Part shown: piece by piece, positions 10,729 through 21,573 of the stretch
How the letters are laid out: each line of letters opens with the position of its first letter
Numbering within the stretch: the first letter of the stretch is position 1
Origin: an uncultured Gammaproteobacteria bacterium
GTDB lineage: Bacteria > Pseudomonadota > Gammaproteobacteria > CAWCPV01
Length of the DNA: 64,000 nt
NCBI GenBank assembly: GCA_963797555.1
Contig: CAWCPV010000014.1
Location: 288,001 to 352,000 of the forward strand
Reading direction: 5' to 3'
The notes under the pieces: generated by a model
What the model saw: the letters and a program-made list of their open reading frames with translations, nothing else
What the model was told of the DNA's origin: nothing
Database searches by the model: none
Made by a program: the position numbers and the translations under genes

Positions 10729-11316
10729 ATGAAAGCTATGAAAGATTGGATGCTTGGAGCGGCGCTGACGGCGCTCGGAATGGTCCCGTTGCAGGATGTC
10801 AGCGCGTGGGCGCACTTCGGCGGCGGACGTGGCTCCTGGGGTCACATTGGGGCAGGAGGTGCTACGTGGGGCCATGCCGGCTTCGGTGGTGCAAGCTGGG
10901 GCCACGCCGGGGTGGGAGGCACGACCTGGGGCCATACCGGCGTGGGAGGTACGACCTGGGGCCATACCGACACCTGGGGCACCCACAATACCTTCGTGGG
11001 CGTGCACAATACATACGTCGGCGGCGCCTATCCCGTTGGCGGCTGTTACAATTGCGGGGCTGCGGCTGCCGCCGTGGGCGGTCTGGCGGTAGGAGCCCTT
11101 GCCGGTGCCGCCATCGCCAGTGCCTCCCAGCCATCGACCACGATCGTGGTGCAGCAGCCACCGACCGTGGTGATCGGGACCCAGGTGCCGACCCTGCCCG
11201 GCGGATGCCAGAAGATGACAGTGAACGGCAACCCTTACTATCAGTGCGGAGCGTCCTGGTACCAGCCGGAACTCGGGGCAAGCGGCGTCTACTACCAGGC
11301 CGTGGGCGCACCATAA
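10729..11316 (+). CDS. Secreted Gly/His/Trp-repeat protein with a small Cys-containing C-terminal domain
   Basis: Signal peptide, WGHxGxGGxx repeats, glycine-zipper-like segment, LPGGC..VNGNPYYQCGASWYQP. Confidence 0.75.
   Translation: MKAMKDWMLGAALTALGMVPLQDVSAWAHFGGGRGSWGHIGAGGATWGHAGFGGASWGHAGVGGTTWGHTGVGGTTWGHTDTWGTHNTFVGVHNTYVGGAYPVGGCYNCGAAAAAVGGLAVGALAGAAIASASQPSTTIVVQQPPTVVIGTQVPTLPGGCQKMTVNGNPYYQCGASWYQPELGASGVYYQAVGAP
10807..10986 (+). repeat. 30-bp coding tandem repeat, about 6 units
   Basis: TGGG(G/C)NCAY recurs every 30 nt at 10807, 10837, 10867, 10897, 10927 and 10957. Confidence 0.85.
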
Positions 11317-11575
11317 CCCTTGCCATCGACGCGCGGGCGGCAGCGGCAACGCGGCCCGCGCGGAGACGGCCGCGGAGCAGCGGTTCAGGCATCGGTAAAG
11401 CAGAGTGCGGGTGAGGTACGATTGGGGCGGCACGCACGCCGGTTCGCACCACTCCTCTCGCGGCCGCCTCGATCTCCGCTCGGCGAACCGAAACCGATCA
11501 CGACACTGCACACCTGCCCCTTGGGACGGGCGGACGGCCTCTCGTAGAGTAGCTGCGCGAAGACAAACTTCCCGT

Positions 11576-12347
11576 TTAATGTGCGCGCAGGGATTCGGCA
11601 AGGCTGATCAAATTTTGGGGGCTCACGAGAATGATGCCGTGGCGTGGGGTGTCAATGTCCGCTATGAGCATGAACGCGATGGAGACAACAAGCGTGAGAA
11701 CCAAAAACAGTTTGGCTCCGTCTTTAACGCTTCGCAAACCAAAGCCGACCAACACGTTGCAACAGAAGGCGATCGCCGCCATCAGACCCCATGCCGCAGT
11801 TGGGATTCGATTCCACCAAGCAGCCTGCGTGTATCCCTGTGAGTTCAACACATCGTTCATGCCCGAAACGGCCAGCGCGACAATGGGTGTCGGCTGCGCT
11901 GCGGCGGCATCAGCCCGGACTGCCGACCACAGCCCGGTCTGCAGTTGAGCCGTACGGGCGTTGATCGCCTCGAGCGATCCCCGATCGTGGGCCGGCCCTA
12001 TAGAACAAGATACGTTGATCGAGGTAGTTCCTGAGCAGCGCGCGGATTCTCGCCACATCGGCTGCAGGCAGCAGGTCGGCCCGGACGTATTCCGTACCGA
12101 TCGCGTTGGCCTCTGCCTCCTCGTAGTTCTTGCGTTGGTCGTAGCGCTCTGTGGCCATCGAAAAGCTGAACCCGATGATGAGCCCGAGCAGTGTCAGCGT
12201 TGCGGCCAGGATAAAGCCGAAGTCCTGACGCATCTCCTCGTCCAGGTTGTGATGCCTTCTGAGAAAGGCCCCGAACCGCGCCGAGAGCCACAGCACGATG
12301 AAGGACAGCGCGAAAAGAAGCAATGGGTAATGAGTTACGTCGTCCAT
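11576..12347 (-). CDS. DUF4239/bestrophin-like membrane protein, frameshifted near 12000
   Basis: LTLLGLIIGFSFSMATERYDQRK..EANAIGT in the first frame; IADIDTPRHGII in the second. Confidence 0.75.
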
Positions 12348-12507
12348 ACTCTATCATGAAGAAAACGGGCGCCCCGTGATGAGGCGCTTGCGGAGTCCAG
12401 AACAAATCTGCCCTGCCTTGCCATCCGGCAAATAGTCTGCAGCGTCGACATATGCAGCTTTAGGGCGCCTGCAATCGCTAAGCGGCTGTTGCCGAATTCA
12501 ACCGAAT

Positions 12508-13290
12508 TCAAAAGAAACGCGCCGGCTCCGGCTGGAATATGACCGGCGCAGCACCGTGGAATTTCGGCCGGGAGTGGGTCAGCACAAAGGTTGCGACGTC
12601 GACCGCCTCTTGCGCCGATAGTGTGTTCGGCGGCGCGCCTGCCGGCATGTTGGTCCGCACGAACGCTGCCATCGTGTCGACGCGATGCATACCCGCGCCC
12701 GTGTTAAAGGAGCGAGGTCCCCAGAGTGGCGGTGCGATCGCGGTCCCGCCGCCGTCCGCGCCGTGACAGGCGGCGCAGCGCAGCTTGAAAACGGCGGAGC
12801 CTCGCGTCGCATCGCCGGACTGCGCGGTCTGCACCGGAATCAAGTCGGGCGGCCTGGGTGAACCGACCGGGTCACCTTTCGAGAGTGAGGCGATGTAGGC
12901 GACGATCGCGATCATTTCGCGGCTTTCGTAGGCGGGCGGCTTTCCGTTCATGCTGTAGAGGAAACATTCGGCGACGCGGTCCTGGATCTCGATGAATCGC
13001 TTGGCACGCGCGTTCCATTGCGGGAAGGCGGCGTACGATCCGAGCAGCGCGAGACCATGCGGGTGCATACCGGCGTCGATATGGCAAGAAGCGCACGTCA
13101 GCGATGCGCCGACATTGTGCGGCATCAGAGTGTTCGTCTCCACGAACAGTTGCTTGCCGTATCCGATGAATGCGGCTGCCGAACTCATCGCCGGGGGCTG
13201 AGCCGCAACCGATGCGGTAGTTGATGCTGCCAGTTGCGATGCGATTCCAAGCGAAGTAAAACCTGCGATAAGGAAGATTGCCTTGTTCAT
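12508..13290 (-). CDS. tsdA: Thiosulfate dehydrogenase TsdA-like diheme cytochrome c
   Basis: Signal peptide, CASCH and CAACH, ECFLYSMNG (active-site Cys position), PPLWGPRSFNTGAGM. Confidence 0.78.
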   Translation of the reverse strand: MNKAIFLIAGFTSLGIASQLAASTTASVAAQPPAMSSAAAFIGYGKQLFVETNTLMPHNVGASLTCASCHIDAGMHPHGLALLGSYAAFPQWNARAKRFIEIQDRVAECFLYSMNGKPPAYESREMIAIVAYIASLSKGDPVGSPRPPDLIPVQTAQSGDATRGSAVFKLRCAACHGADGGGTAIAPPLWGPRSFNTGAGMHRVDTMAAFVRTNMPAGAPPNTLSAQEAVDVATFVLTHSRPKFHGAAPVIFQPEPARFF

Positions 13291-13744
13291 TAGCGCGTCA
13301 CTTTGGAAACATGAGCAGCACCTGCGCGCGAATCTGCCAATGCGGCCCGAAATCGGGCGTCACGTTGTAGTGGCGGACAATTGCGTGTTCACGGGCAGCT
13401 TGCCGATGCGGAACAGGCGCGGGATAGACGGAAAAGCGCCGCCGAACTCGGGCACCTGGGCTCCTATCGGCCCGCTCCGGCCCGCTCCGGGTGCGCCGAG
13501 TTTTTCAACCAGCCGACATCCAAGGTCTCGCCGATCGATGCGCGCCTAATCCGCCCCTCTTGCGTCGTCTCCGCCGGCCGCTTCGCCGCCCATGGAGCCC
13601 GTGAAGCGGAACGGCATCGGGCGGTCCTAGTCATCCACCAGCGCGCCGGTGTCGGGCCGTCCTCGACCAAGGCTCTCGGGAATCGATGCGGTCCACGATT
13701 TCCCTCCGCCAATGGAGGGTTCCATTCCTGGGCCGGGGCGGGGG

Positions 13745-14353
13745 TCAGCTTCCGCGAATCGACCATCCCATCATCAGCAGGCCGCTTGCGGCGATCCAGC
13801 TTCCGCCGACCCGCACCGCGATTCGCGCCCAGTGCGCGCGCAGCGTCACGACCAGCGCGGCGACGAGGACGACCAGCACGAACACCCCTGAGGCGAGCCC
13901 CAGGGCGACAACGATCGAGTTTGCAGAAAAGCCCATGCCCGTTCCGTTGAGATAGCCGTGAACGAGCCCGAGCAATGCGCTGAGCGCAGTCATCGCCCGC
14001 AGTGAAAGCTTCGCGTCGGCCAGCAACAATCCGCCCAACACCAGAAACCAGATCGATGCGCCGAGGGTACCGGTGCTGGAGACGGCTGCGGTCAGTCCGC
14101 AAAGAACGCCCAGCAGCCACGCGGCCGGGAGCGTGAAGAGCGCGCGCCGTCCGTAAGGTGCGCCGCGCAGCCCGGCCAGGAGGGCCACCGCGAGTGCGGG
14201 CACCAGATCCTCGGGGCTCATCAGAAAGTGCATCAAGCCGTCGTAGATCGGGCCCATGCCGGTGGCATTGAGATGCGCCTCGGCAGGTCCGCAGGTCAGG
14301 GCGACAGCGAGTGCGACGACGGCGCGCGCCCGCGGTGACATCGCAGTGCTCAC
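13745..14353 (-). CDS. HupE/UreJ-family protein (divergent copy)
   Basis: AEAHL..YDGLMHFLMSPEDL, LVHGYLNG, RVGGSWIAASG; GTGA overlap with upstream gene. Confidence 0.75.
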   Translation of the reverse strand: MSTAMSPRARAVVALAVALTCGPAEAHLNATGMGPIYDGLMHFLMSPEDLVPALAVALLAGLRGAPYGRRALFTLPAAWLLGVLCGLTAAVSSTGTLGASIWFLVLGGLLLADAKLSLRAMTALSALLGLVHGYLNGTGMGFSANSIVVALGLASGVFVLVVLVAALVVTLRAHWARIAVRVGGSWIAASGLLMMGWSIRGS

Positions 14354-14952
14354 GCGACCGCCTTCCACAGGAAGAAAACTCCGCCCGCAGCGACCATCGT
14401 GCCGCTGGCGCGCAAGAGCTTCTGACCCCAGGTCCAGCGGTGGACGGTGCCGATACCGATGCCCAGCGCGTGCAAGCATCCGGTCGCGATCACGAAGCCC
14501 ATGCTGTAGAGCAGCGCGCTCTGGCCTGGCGGCAGCTCGGTTCCATGCGCATGGCCGTGGAAGATGGCGAAGAATCCGACCAGCAGCCCGGCCACGACGA
14601 TGGGCGGGCGCACTTCGAACGCGACCGCCGCGCCGAGCAGAATGGCCGAAGCGGCGATGCCGTACTCGACGCCGGGGATCGGCACACCCAGAAAGCCGAG
14701 CATGCCGCCCATTGCCATGACCAGCGGAAACGCCACCGGCAACATCCAGATGGCGGGGGCGCCGAGCTGCGCACCCCACAGTCCAACGGCGACCATCGCG
14801 AGCACGTGGTCCAGGCCGGAGATCGGATGCAGAAATCCGGTCAGAAAGCCGTACGCTTCGCCCTTCAACACATGCGCGCAGGCGGTCTGCGCCCAAAGCG
14901 TCGCCAGCAAGGCTACCGCTTGCGCCGACCGATGCTGAAGTCTTGTGTTCAT
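14350..14952 (-). CDS. HupE/UreJ-family Ni/Co transporter
   Basis: GFLHPISGLDHVLAMVAVGLW and FAIFHGHAHGTELP; ATGA overlap. Confidence 0.9.
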   Translation of the reverse strand: MNTRLQHRSAQAVALLATLWAQTACAHVLKGEAYGFLTGFLHPISGLDHVLAMVAVGLWGAQLGAPAIWMLPVAFPLVMAMGGMLGFLGVPIPGVEYGIAASAILLGAAVAFEVRPPIVVAGLLVGFFAIFHGHAHGTELPPGQSALLYSMGFVIATGCLHALGIGIGTVHRWTWGQKLLRASGTMVAAGGVFFLWKAVA

Positions 14953-16022
14953 CGCAATGCTCCGACGAGCAGCGCCACGCGCTGCAGGGTCCAGAATGCG
15001 CCGAGCGCGCCGACCGTGTAACCCGGGAGCACCTGCACCCAGCGCGGCCAATCGATCTCAAGAATCCGGAATGAACGGGCCATGGCCAAAATCAGCGCCA
15101 CGAAGCCCAACTGCCCGATCTCGACGCCGACGTTGAAGGAAAGGAGCGCCGGGGGCAGGTCGGCATGCGGCAGCCCCGCGCTGGTCAGCGCGGTGGCAAA
15201 ACCGAACCCGTGCAGCAGCCCGAAAGCAAACGCCACCACCCACGGATGGCGGATGGTGAAGCTCGTCTCGCCCCGCCACACGCGCACGATCTCCGGCCCG
15301 AGGAAGAGGATGCTCAAGGCGATCGCGGCGTTGAGCGGCAGCGCGGGCGCGCTCGCATAGCCGAGCGTCGCGATGGCGAGCGTGATGCTGTGGGCGAGCG
15401 TGAACGCCGTGATCGTCTTCACCAGCATCCAGCCGTCCTTCACGATCAGCAGCAGGCCCAGCACGAACAGCAGGTGGTCGGCGCCGAACAGGATGTGCCG
15501 GATCCCCTCGACGACATAGGTGCCCATCACCTGCCACCACGACTGCGAGGCGGCAATCTCGACCCACGGGTGCGACGGGCGCGCGATCATCTGCATGGTC
15601 CTGCCGTCGAGCAGCTCGACACGCACCAGCGCATCGGTGATCGTGAGCTGCAGCCCTGCAATGTCAATGCGCTTTCCGGCGAGACCTTCGGGCCCGGCGT
15701 CGATCCAGCGTCGCTCGACGAGGGAATCGGCGAGATCCTGAACCACGGGGTCCTTCAGCTTCCTCACGCCATCGGGCATCTGCAGCACGACGGGCAGCCG
15801 CATGCCCGCGAGCACCGGGGTGCGCCAGAGTACGGAGTACTGCCCGGGCGCCGTCTCCTTGATTTCGAGGTACGCAGGCCGCGACTCGTGCGCGTTCGCT
15901 GCAGGCGCGAACAGCCCCGCCGCGAGCAGCAGGCACGCGAAGAAACCGCGGAACCTGGTCAACCGGCTCACGATGGTGGTGTTTCCGCCGCCGGCGCCGG
16001 GCTGCCTTTGGTGGCCGGACAC
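14949..16022 (-). CDS. HupE/UreJ_2-family membrane protein
   Basis: AHESRPAYLEI, GIRHILFGADHLLFV, ITAFTLAHSITL, FGLLHGFGFA, FNVGVEIGQL. Confidence 0.88.
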   Translation of the reverse strand: MSGHQRQPGAGGGNTTIVSRLTRFRGFFACLLLAAGLFAPAANAHESRPAYLEIKETAPGQYSVLWRTPVLAGMRLPVVLQMPDGVRKLKDPVVQDLADSLVERRWIDAGPEGLAGKRIDIAGLQLTITDALVRVELLDGRTMQMIARPSHPWVEIAASQSWWQVMGTYVVEGIRHILFGADHLLFVLGLLLIVKDGWMLVKTITAFTLAHSITLAIATLGYASAPALPLNAAIALSILFLGPEIVRVWRGETSFTIRHPWVVAFAFGLLHGFGFATALTSAGLPHADLPPALLSFNVGVEIGQLGFVALILAMARSFRILEIDWPRWVQVLPGYTVGALGAFWTLQRVALLVGALR

Positions 16023-16109
16023 GCCTCGTGGCCCCGTGCGGCGGGAGCGGCGGATCCTATGGCGAGCACGAGCGCCGCCGCGCCCACCCGATCCGCTCCT
16101 CGCGGCGGT

Positions 16110-17125
16110 TCATAGCGCTCCCTCGCCCGATGGCGTGGGGACCCGCGTGGGGGCCGGCGGCGTGGGCGGCGCGGGCGAGTTCTTATCGGGGGGCGCGGGC
16201 AACAGCACCGTGTACTTCGCGCGCATCTCTTTGTACGCCTTCTGCCAGGCGAGCGTCTTCTGCTCGCCGAGCCACGCGGTCTTCACGTCCGACTCGATCT
16301 CCTCGAAGGCCGGCACGCGGCCGGGAATCACGGTGTCGACGAAGACCAGGTGCCAGCCGAATCCCGACTCGATCGGCCCCTGCCACGATCCGGGCGTCAG
16401 CTTTTCGACCGCCAGCGCGAACTGCGGCCCGAACTCCTTGCCGAGATACTCGGGCGCGCGGTCGCGGTAGTAGTCCTGGAACATGAACCGATCGGCGAGC
16501 GCGGCGGCGAGCGGCGAGTCCTCGGGCTGGCCGGCGAGCTTCGCGAGCGCCTTCGCCGCATCCTCTCGCGCGCGGGCGCCGCGCCGATCGGGCGAGAAGT
16601 AGAGATGCCGGAAGCTCAGCCGGGGGGGCAGCGCGAACATGGCGCTGTGCTTCTCGAACCAGCTCTTCAGCTCGGCCGTCGTCGGCTCGTGCGCGGCGGC
16701 CACGTCCTCGGCCAGAAACTGCATCTTCTGCGCCATGCGGCGCTTGACGATCTCGTCGTCCTTGTCGAGGCCCATCGCCAGCGCCTCGCGGTAGAGGACC
16801 TCCTCCTGAACCTTGTTCTCGACCAGGTGGCGGAACTCGTCGGGGGTCGGCTGGCGGCGCCACTGCGACTCGAATACATGGTCGAGCTGGCGCAGGTCGT
16901 CGAGCGTGAGCGCGATCTGCTGGGACGACTCGACGCCGCCGGCCGGGCCTGCAGATACACGTACACGGCGAACAGCGCGGCGCCGAGCAGCAGGAAGTGC
17001 AGCAGCGGCTCGCGCAGCCAGCGTCTCGCCCGCTCCCGCAGGAAGCGGGCACGACCGCGACGGATCGTGCCCACTAGAGGCTGCTGCGTCTCGGCGTTCA
17101 TCCGGCTCCGTGCGGTCGAGCTCAT
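16110..17125 (-). CDS. Membrane-anchored parvulin/rotamase-like peptidyl-prolyl isomerase, frameshifted near 16950
   Basis: WLREPLLHFLLLGAALF N-terminus, then EEVLYREALAMGLDKDD and WQGPIESGFGWHLV. Confidence 0.8.
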
Positions 17126-17253
17126 GGGGCCTCGCCGGCTCCCGGCGCCTCGAAGCGCGTTGCATTCTGGGCTCGCGGCGGCACCGCGACCCGCGCGCAG
17201 CGCAAGTCCCGCAACGTCTGCGACCGAAATTCGCCTGCTCGATACTCCTGTCC

Positions 17254-19577
17254 TCACCCTTCCCGCGGTCCCGGAGGGACAGCGCGTGTGGCTGCGCCTC
17301 CTCGCCCTTGCCCAGCGGATTCAGGAATAGCGGCGGCTTGGGCAGGATCTCGTAGTTGGCGTAGCCGAACTCGTTGCTGCGCGCGCCGTAGAACGTGTCG
17401 CCCATCTTGTAGAAGGCGACCTCGAACGGGGTCTCCTGCGAGCATGGTCACGAGCTTGCCGTTCTTGATCGAGTAGGCTTGGGTCATGCCGTGATAGCCG
17501 TTCGCTGCGACGTCGCCGACCTCGCTCGGCTGCGGGACGTTCCGGCCGACGTGCCAGACGGTGCTCTGGCCTTCGCGCTGTAGCTGACCTTGAACTGCTC
17601 GCCCGTCACGTCGTTGCGCACCCAGAGGGCCTTGCCCACGAGCAGCTTCTTGACCTGCGCCTCGTTCAGGGCCGTCGCGCCCTTCTGGTCGAGATCGGCG
17701 ACCGTGAGGCCCGGCTTCGCGCTCTTGCGCGCCTCGGCGCTCGGCGTGTACCAGATCGGCGAACTCCACGCGCGCTCCTGTACCGTGGGCGGCACCACGT
17801 CCGGCGGCGCGATGCCGAGCTGGTGGGCCTGGATGGTCGTCCAGCGCGGCGTCGGGATCTCGAGCACCCGCGCATAGTAGAACGCGTGCAGGCTCGGATC
17901 GAACTCCGGATCGGTCCAGACAGTCTTCAGCTCCACCGCGCCGACGGTGTTGGTGTAGGTGGCGTTGTCGATGTCCACAGTGCTCTGGATCGGCGGCACG
18001 ATGCCCGTCCACTTGTCCGGCTTGCGGTCGCCCGCCCAGACCACGTCGAAGATCTTCTCGAAGCTCTGGCCGTCCTTCGTCCAGCCCTTCACGACCTGGA
18101 TGCGGTCGAGGTTGCCCGAGGTCGGGATCCTTCACCGCCCACACGAGGAAGGTCGGCGCCTTGGACTTCAGCGGCGGCAGGTCGCCGCCCATCGGGACGC
18201 CCTCGGCGTAGCCGGTCTTCACCCAGTCGGGCTGGCCGAACGTCTCGGCCCCGTACTCCCAGCCGCCGAAGAAGCGCACCTTGATGTGCGGGCCGGAGAC
18301 GACGAAGGTCTCCTTGCGGTACATCGCGTCCCAGATCGACGCGCGCGTGTTCTCCTCCGCCCACGCCCCCGTCAGCCCGCCGGGGTTCTCGTAGCGCACG
18401 TCGATGCCCGCGAAATTGTGTCCGGCCATGCGGACCTCCGGGGTTCCGTCCTCCTGCGCGTGCCCGCCGTAGAAGTTGTCCTGGCGGTAGGGGCTACCGG
18501 TGTTGTGCGAGTCGGACGCAGCCTTCGAAGCCGAACTTGTAGGGGTTGTAGCCCCGCACGTCCTGCATCGTGAGCCCGTCCTTCAGGGCCTGGCGCGCAT
18601 AGCTGCCGACGATGCCATCGACGCGACCGGACTCCGCGGGCAGCCCGAGCAGCACGCTCACGATCTCGTAGTTGGCGAACTCGTCGTTGGGCGAGAGCAG
18701 GGGGTGGGTCTCGGACTGCCCCTTGATCTGCTTGATCTCGACCAGCCTCTCGTTGCGGTCGCGCGAGGCCGCCCAGGCCGCGTCGATCGGCCGCCCCAGG
18801 CTGTCGACGTCGGTCGGGTACATCCAGCCGTCTGAGAGGTTCGCGTTGTGCGAGATCGCGAGCAGCTCGTTGCCCGCCTTGCGCTGCACGTCCATCCACT
18901 TCCACAGCTCCTCGGGATGCCAGGAGTCGAGGGCGCTGAACGGCATCTCCGGGACCTTGGCGCAGTCGCGGAAGAAGATGTTGCGGTGCAGGTTGCGATT
19001 GTCGAACTGGGAGGTCCACTCGTAGGAGCAGAAGGCGGTGAACTTGCCGGGCTGGTTGGCCTCGTCGGCGATATCGACGTTCTCCTTCCAGATCGTGCCG
19101 GCCACCTGCGGCGTCATCAGGGCCTTGATGGGCGGGCTGGCCATTATCTTGAGCAGCGCCAGGAAGGCGCGCTGTTGCTGCTCCTTGCTGTTCGGGTCGG
19201 TCATGATCAGGTCCTGGACCTCGGGCATCTTGCTGATCGGCGACCCCGGCGTGTTGGCCTCCTTGGTGACCCCGACGTACTCGGAGTGGTCGGTCACGCC
19301 CATGAAGTCGAGCGGCGTGTCGATCTTGATCTCGTAGCCCAGGGGGTGCTTGATCGGTCTCGCCCTTCGCGTACTTGTAGGCGTCCGCGGGACCGGTGAG
19401 GTGGTTGCCGAACAGCCACGCGTCCACCGACCAGCTAGTGTGGATGTGCGTCTCACCGAAGTACGCGTTGCGCTCCGGGTTGGGCTGCGGCGCCGCGGCG
19501 GGAGCCGGCGCCGGGGCGCCGAGCGTGAGGAGCGCAAGGACGGCTAAGGGCGTTGCGAAAAGGCGTGGAGCGGTCAT
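17254..19577 (-). CDS. DUF3604-domain secreted protein with several frameshifts; 3' end approximate
   Basis: Signal peptide; YFGETHIHTSWSVDA, PLDFMGVTDHSEY, NLHRNIFFR, SHNANLSDG, FYYARVLEIPTPRW, QERAWSSPIWYTP spread across frames. Confidence 0.85.
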
Positions 19578-19754
19578 GGCGACCTCCTAACAACGATGTG
19601 CAGTACTGATTCGAGACCGGTCCGATGCGCCGGGCCCAGTCCTGCGCGGCCCAGCGCGCCTCTTTCTTGCTTGCCGCTTTTTTGTGAACCGCGGGTGCTA
19701 CTTCACTTCGCTTTCCAGCTTGTGCTGCGCCTCGGATCCAATCTCCTCGGTCGC

Positions 19755-20357
19755 TCAGGCGGCGGCCGGCTGCGCTCCTGCCTTGCCCGCCTTGCGGGCG
19801 GCCAGCGCCACGAACACGTACGACCAGCCGTTGAAGATCAGCTCGATGGACACGAACAGTCCGATGACCCAGAGGCCGGACAGGGGCCAGTGAGCGACGA
19901 TCATGCCGCCGAGCAGCACGGATATTGCGCCGGACAGCAGCGGCCAATACCACCCCTGCGCCGACCGAAGCTGGAAGGCCAGTATGATGCGCGATACGCC
20001 GACACCGATCAGCAGACCCGCAAGCACCAGCGTCAGCGTCACCGAGGCGAGGAGCGGGTCGTCGACGATGACCACACCCGCCGCCACGTACAGCACAGCG
20101 ATCAACACGTGCCACAGGATGCTCTTCCAGCCCTTGCAGGAGATCGCCTGGATGAGCTGCGAAACACCGCCCACCACCAGCAGGACCCCGAACAGCAGAA
20201 TGCTGGCGAGGGTCATTTCGAAGGTCATCCAGAGCCCGACGGTGCCGAGCGCCAGCGACAGAATGCCCAGGGCGAGCAGCCAGCCCCAGTGTTTCTGCAG
20301 ATCGCCGAATGGCGTGCCTTGCAGGGCTGCGAAGACGGATTCATTGGTCGCGGACAT
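19755..20357 (-). CDS. HdeD/DUF308-family membrane protein
   Basis: WGWLLALGI start, six hydrophobic segments, WPLSGLWVIGLFVSIELIFNG. Confidence 0.85.
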   Translation of the reverse strand: MSATNESVFAALQGTPFGDLQKHWGWLLALGILSLALGTVGLWMTFEMTLASILLFGVLLVVGGVSQLIQAISCKGWKSILWHVLIAVLYVAAGVVIVDDPLLASVTLTLVLAGLLIGVGVSRIILAFQLRSAQGWYWPLLSGAISVLLGGMIVAHWPLSGLWVIGLFVSIELIFNGWSYVFVALAARKAGKAGAQPAAA

Positions 20358-20555
20358 GATGCGGTTCCCCCTGGATGCTTAGAGTGCTCTACAGGCTACC
20401 GCTCGCTTGCCCTGCGGGCGCGGGTAGACGGTAGTGCGTTAAAGCTAAGCGGCTCCGCTCTGACAGCCTCGTAACTCTCATTGGCTTGTCGTAATCCGTG
20501 CGCGCCAGCCGCCGTTGTAACCTCGCCGAATCGTATTCGGCCTATGCACCGTAAG

Positions 20556-20930
20556 TCAATGTTGGAGGGAAACCGGCGGGAACCGGGGACCCTCCGGCAG
20601 GCAGGCACCCGGCCGACGCCTCGATATCTTGTTGGGAGCTGCCGGAAATCGGGCGGCGGTACGCGTGCATCTCCGGCGCTTTGCAGTCGGCTCATCTGCG
20701 CTGCCACGAACGGCGCGGCGTGGCGCAGCCTGGACCCAGGGATAGATGGTCGGCAGCAGGCCGGCCCAGCCGAGCAGCTTGACCGCCTCCGCCTCCGGGT
20801 GCTTGCGGGCGATGGCGGTCCGCCCGGGCAGTCCGGCGAGCCAGACCCAAAACGCCACGCCCGCAACCACCGCCGGGAACAGCGTGACGAAGGTCAGGTA
20901 ATCCCAGATGTCCAGATCGAACCCGAGCAT
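20556..20930 (-). pseudogene. DUF3302-family protein, apparently truncated after about 70 codons
   Basis: LAGLPGRTAIARKHPEAEAVKLLGWAG, then a non-homologous tail. Confidence 0.6.
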
Positions 20931-21081
20931 GGCGTACCTCCGTCCCAGTGCGCGACGGGCAACAAGGTCAGCGGCCGGCATCCTCTTGCCGGCCACTCAC
21001 GGAGGCTAACGGCGTCAGCGGCCCCCGCGCCGGTTGGTGGCGGCAGGGGCTGCGCTTGTGGTTTGCCCGCTAACGCGACCT

Positions 21082-21429
21082 CTACATCTTCTTTTCGACC
21101 TTTTTCGTCTCGGCCTTCGCTGCCGCCTTGACCTTCGCCCAGTCGGCCTTTAGCCGCTGCCAGAAAGAAGCCGGCGGATCCTTGGTGCAGTCGTCGATGA
21201 TCATCGGGATGACTTTCTCGGTGCCATCGATGTCGATCACCGAGCCCTCGGCCTTGCCCGCCTTAGAGTAGGCCGTGGCCGCATACACCACCTTGGGCTT
21301 GAACTGGTCGTCGACGGCGAGAAACTCCTCGCAGGTCCACTTCGAGACCGGCTTCTTGTTCTCGGCAGCGATGGCCGAGGTCGCGACGGCGATGACGATC
21401 ACCGGAAGGGTGAGTTGCTTGAGCTTCAT
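21082..21429 (-). CDS. hdeA: Acid-activated periplasmic chaperone HdeA-like
   Basis: Signal peptide; KKPVSKWTCEEFLAVDD and IIDDCTKDP resemble the HdeA disulfide motifs. Confidence 0.82.
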   Translation of the reverse strand: MKLKQLTLPVIVIAVATSAIAAENKKPVSKWTCEEFLAVDDQFKPKVVYAATAYSKAGKAEGSVIDIDGTEKVIPMIIDDCTKDPPASFWQRLKADWAKVKAAAKAETKKVEKKM

Positions 21430-21573
21430 CGGAGTCTCTCCGTGGTTGAGTTGAGAAGAATTGCACAGACGAAAATGCACCGGGCGGACTCACGCAGTCA
21501 TGACTGAATGAACGTCGCGGCGAAACTCTGGCGACGTCCTTCATCGTCACCTTCGCCAACCTGCCGATCCAGG

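Noticed and set aside
10807-10986. Regular 30-bp repeats as a CRISPR array
   Set aside because: In-frame coding repeats without unique spacers; no cas genes in the window.
20990-21080. GCTAAC motifs as further attC sites
   Set aside because: No convincing palindrome with R and L boxes.
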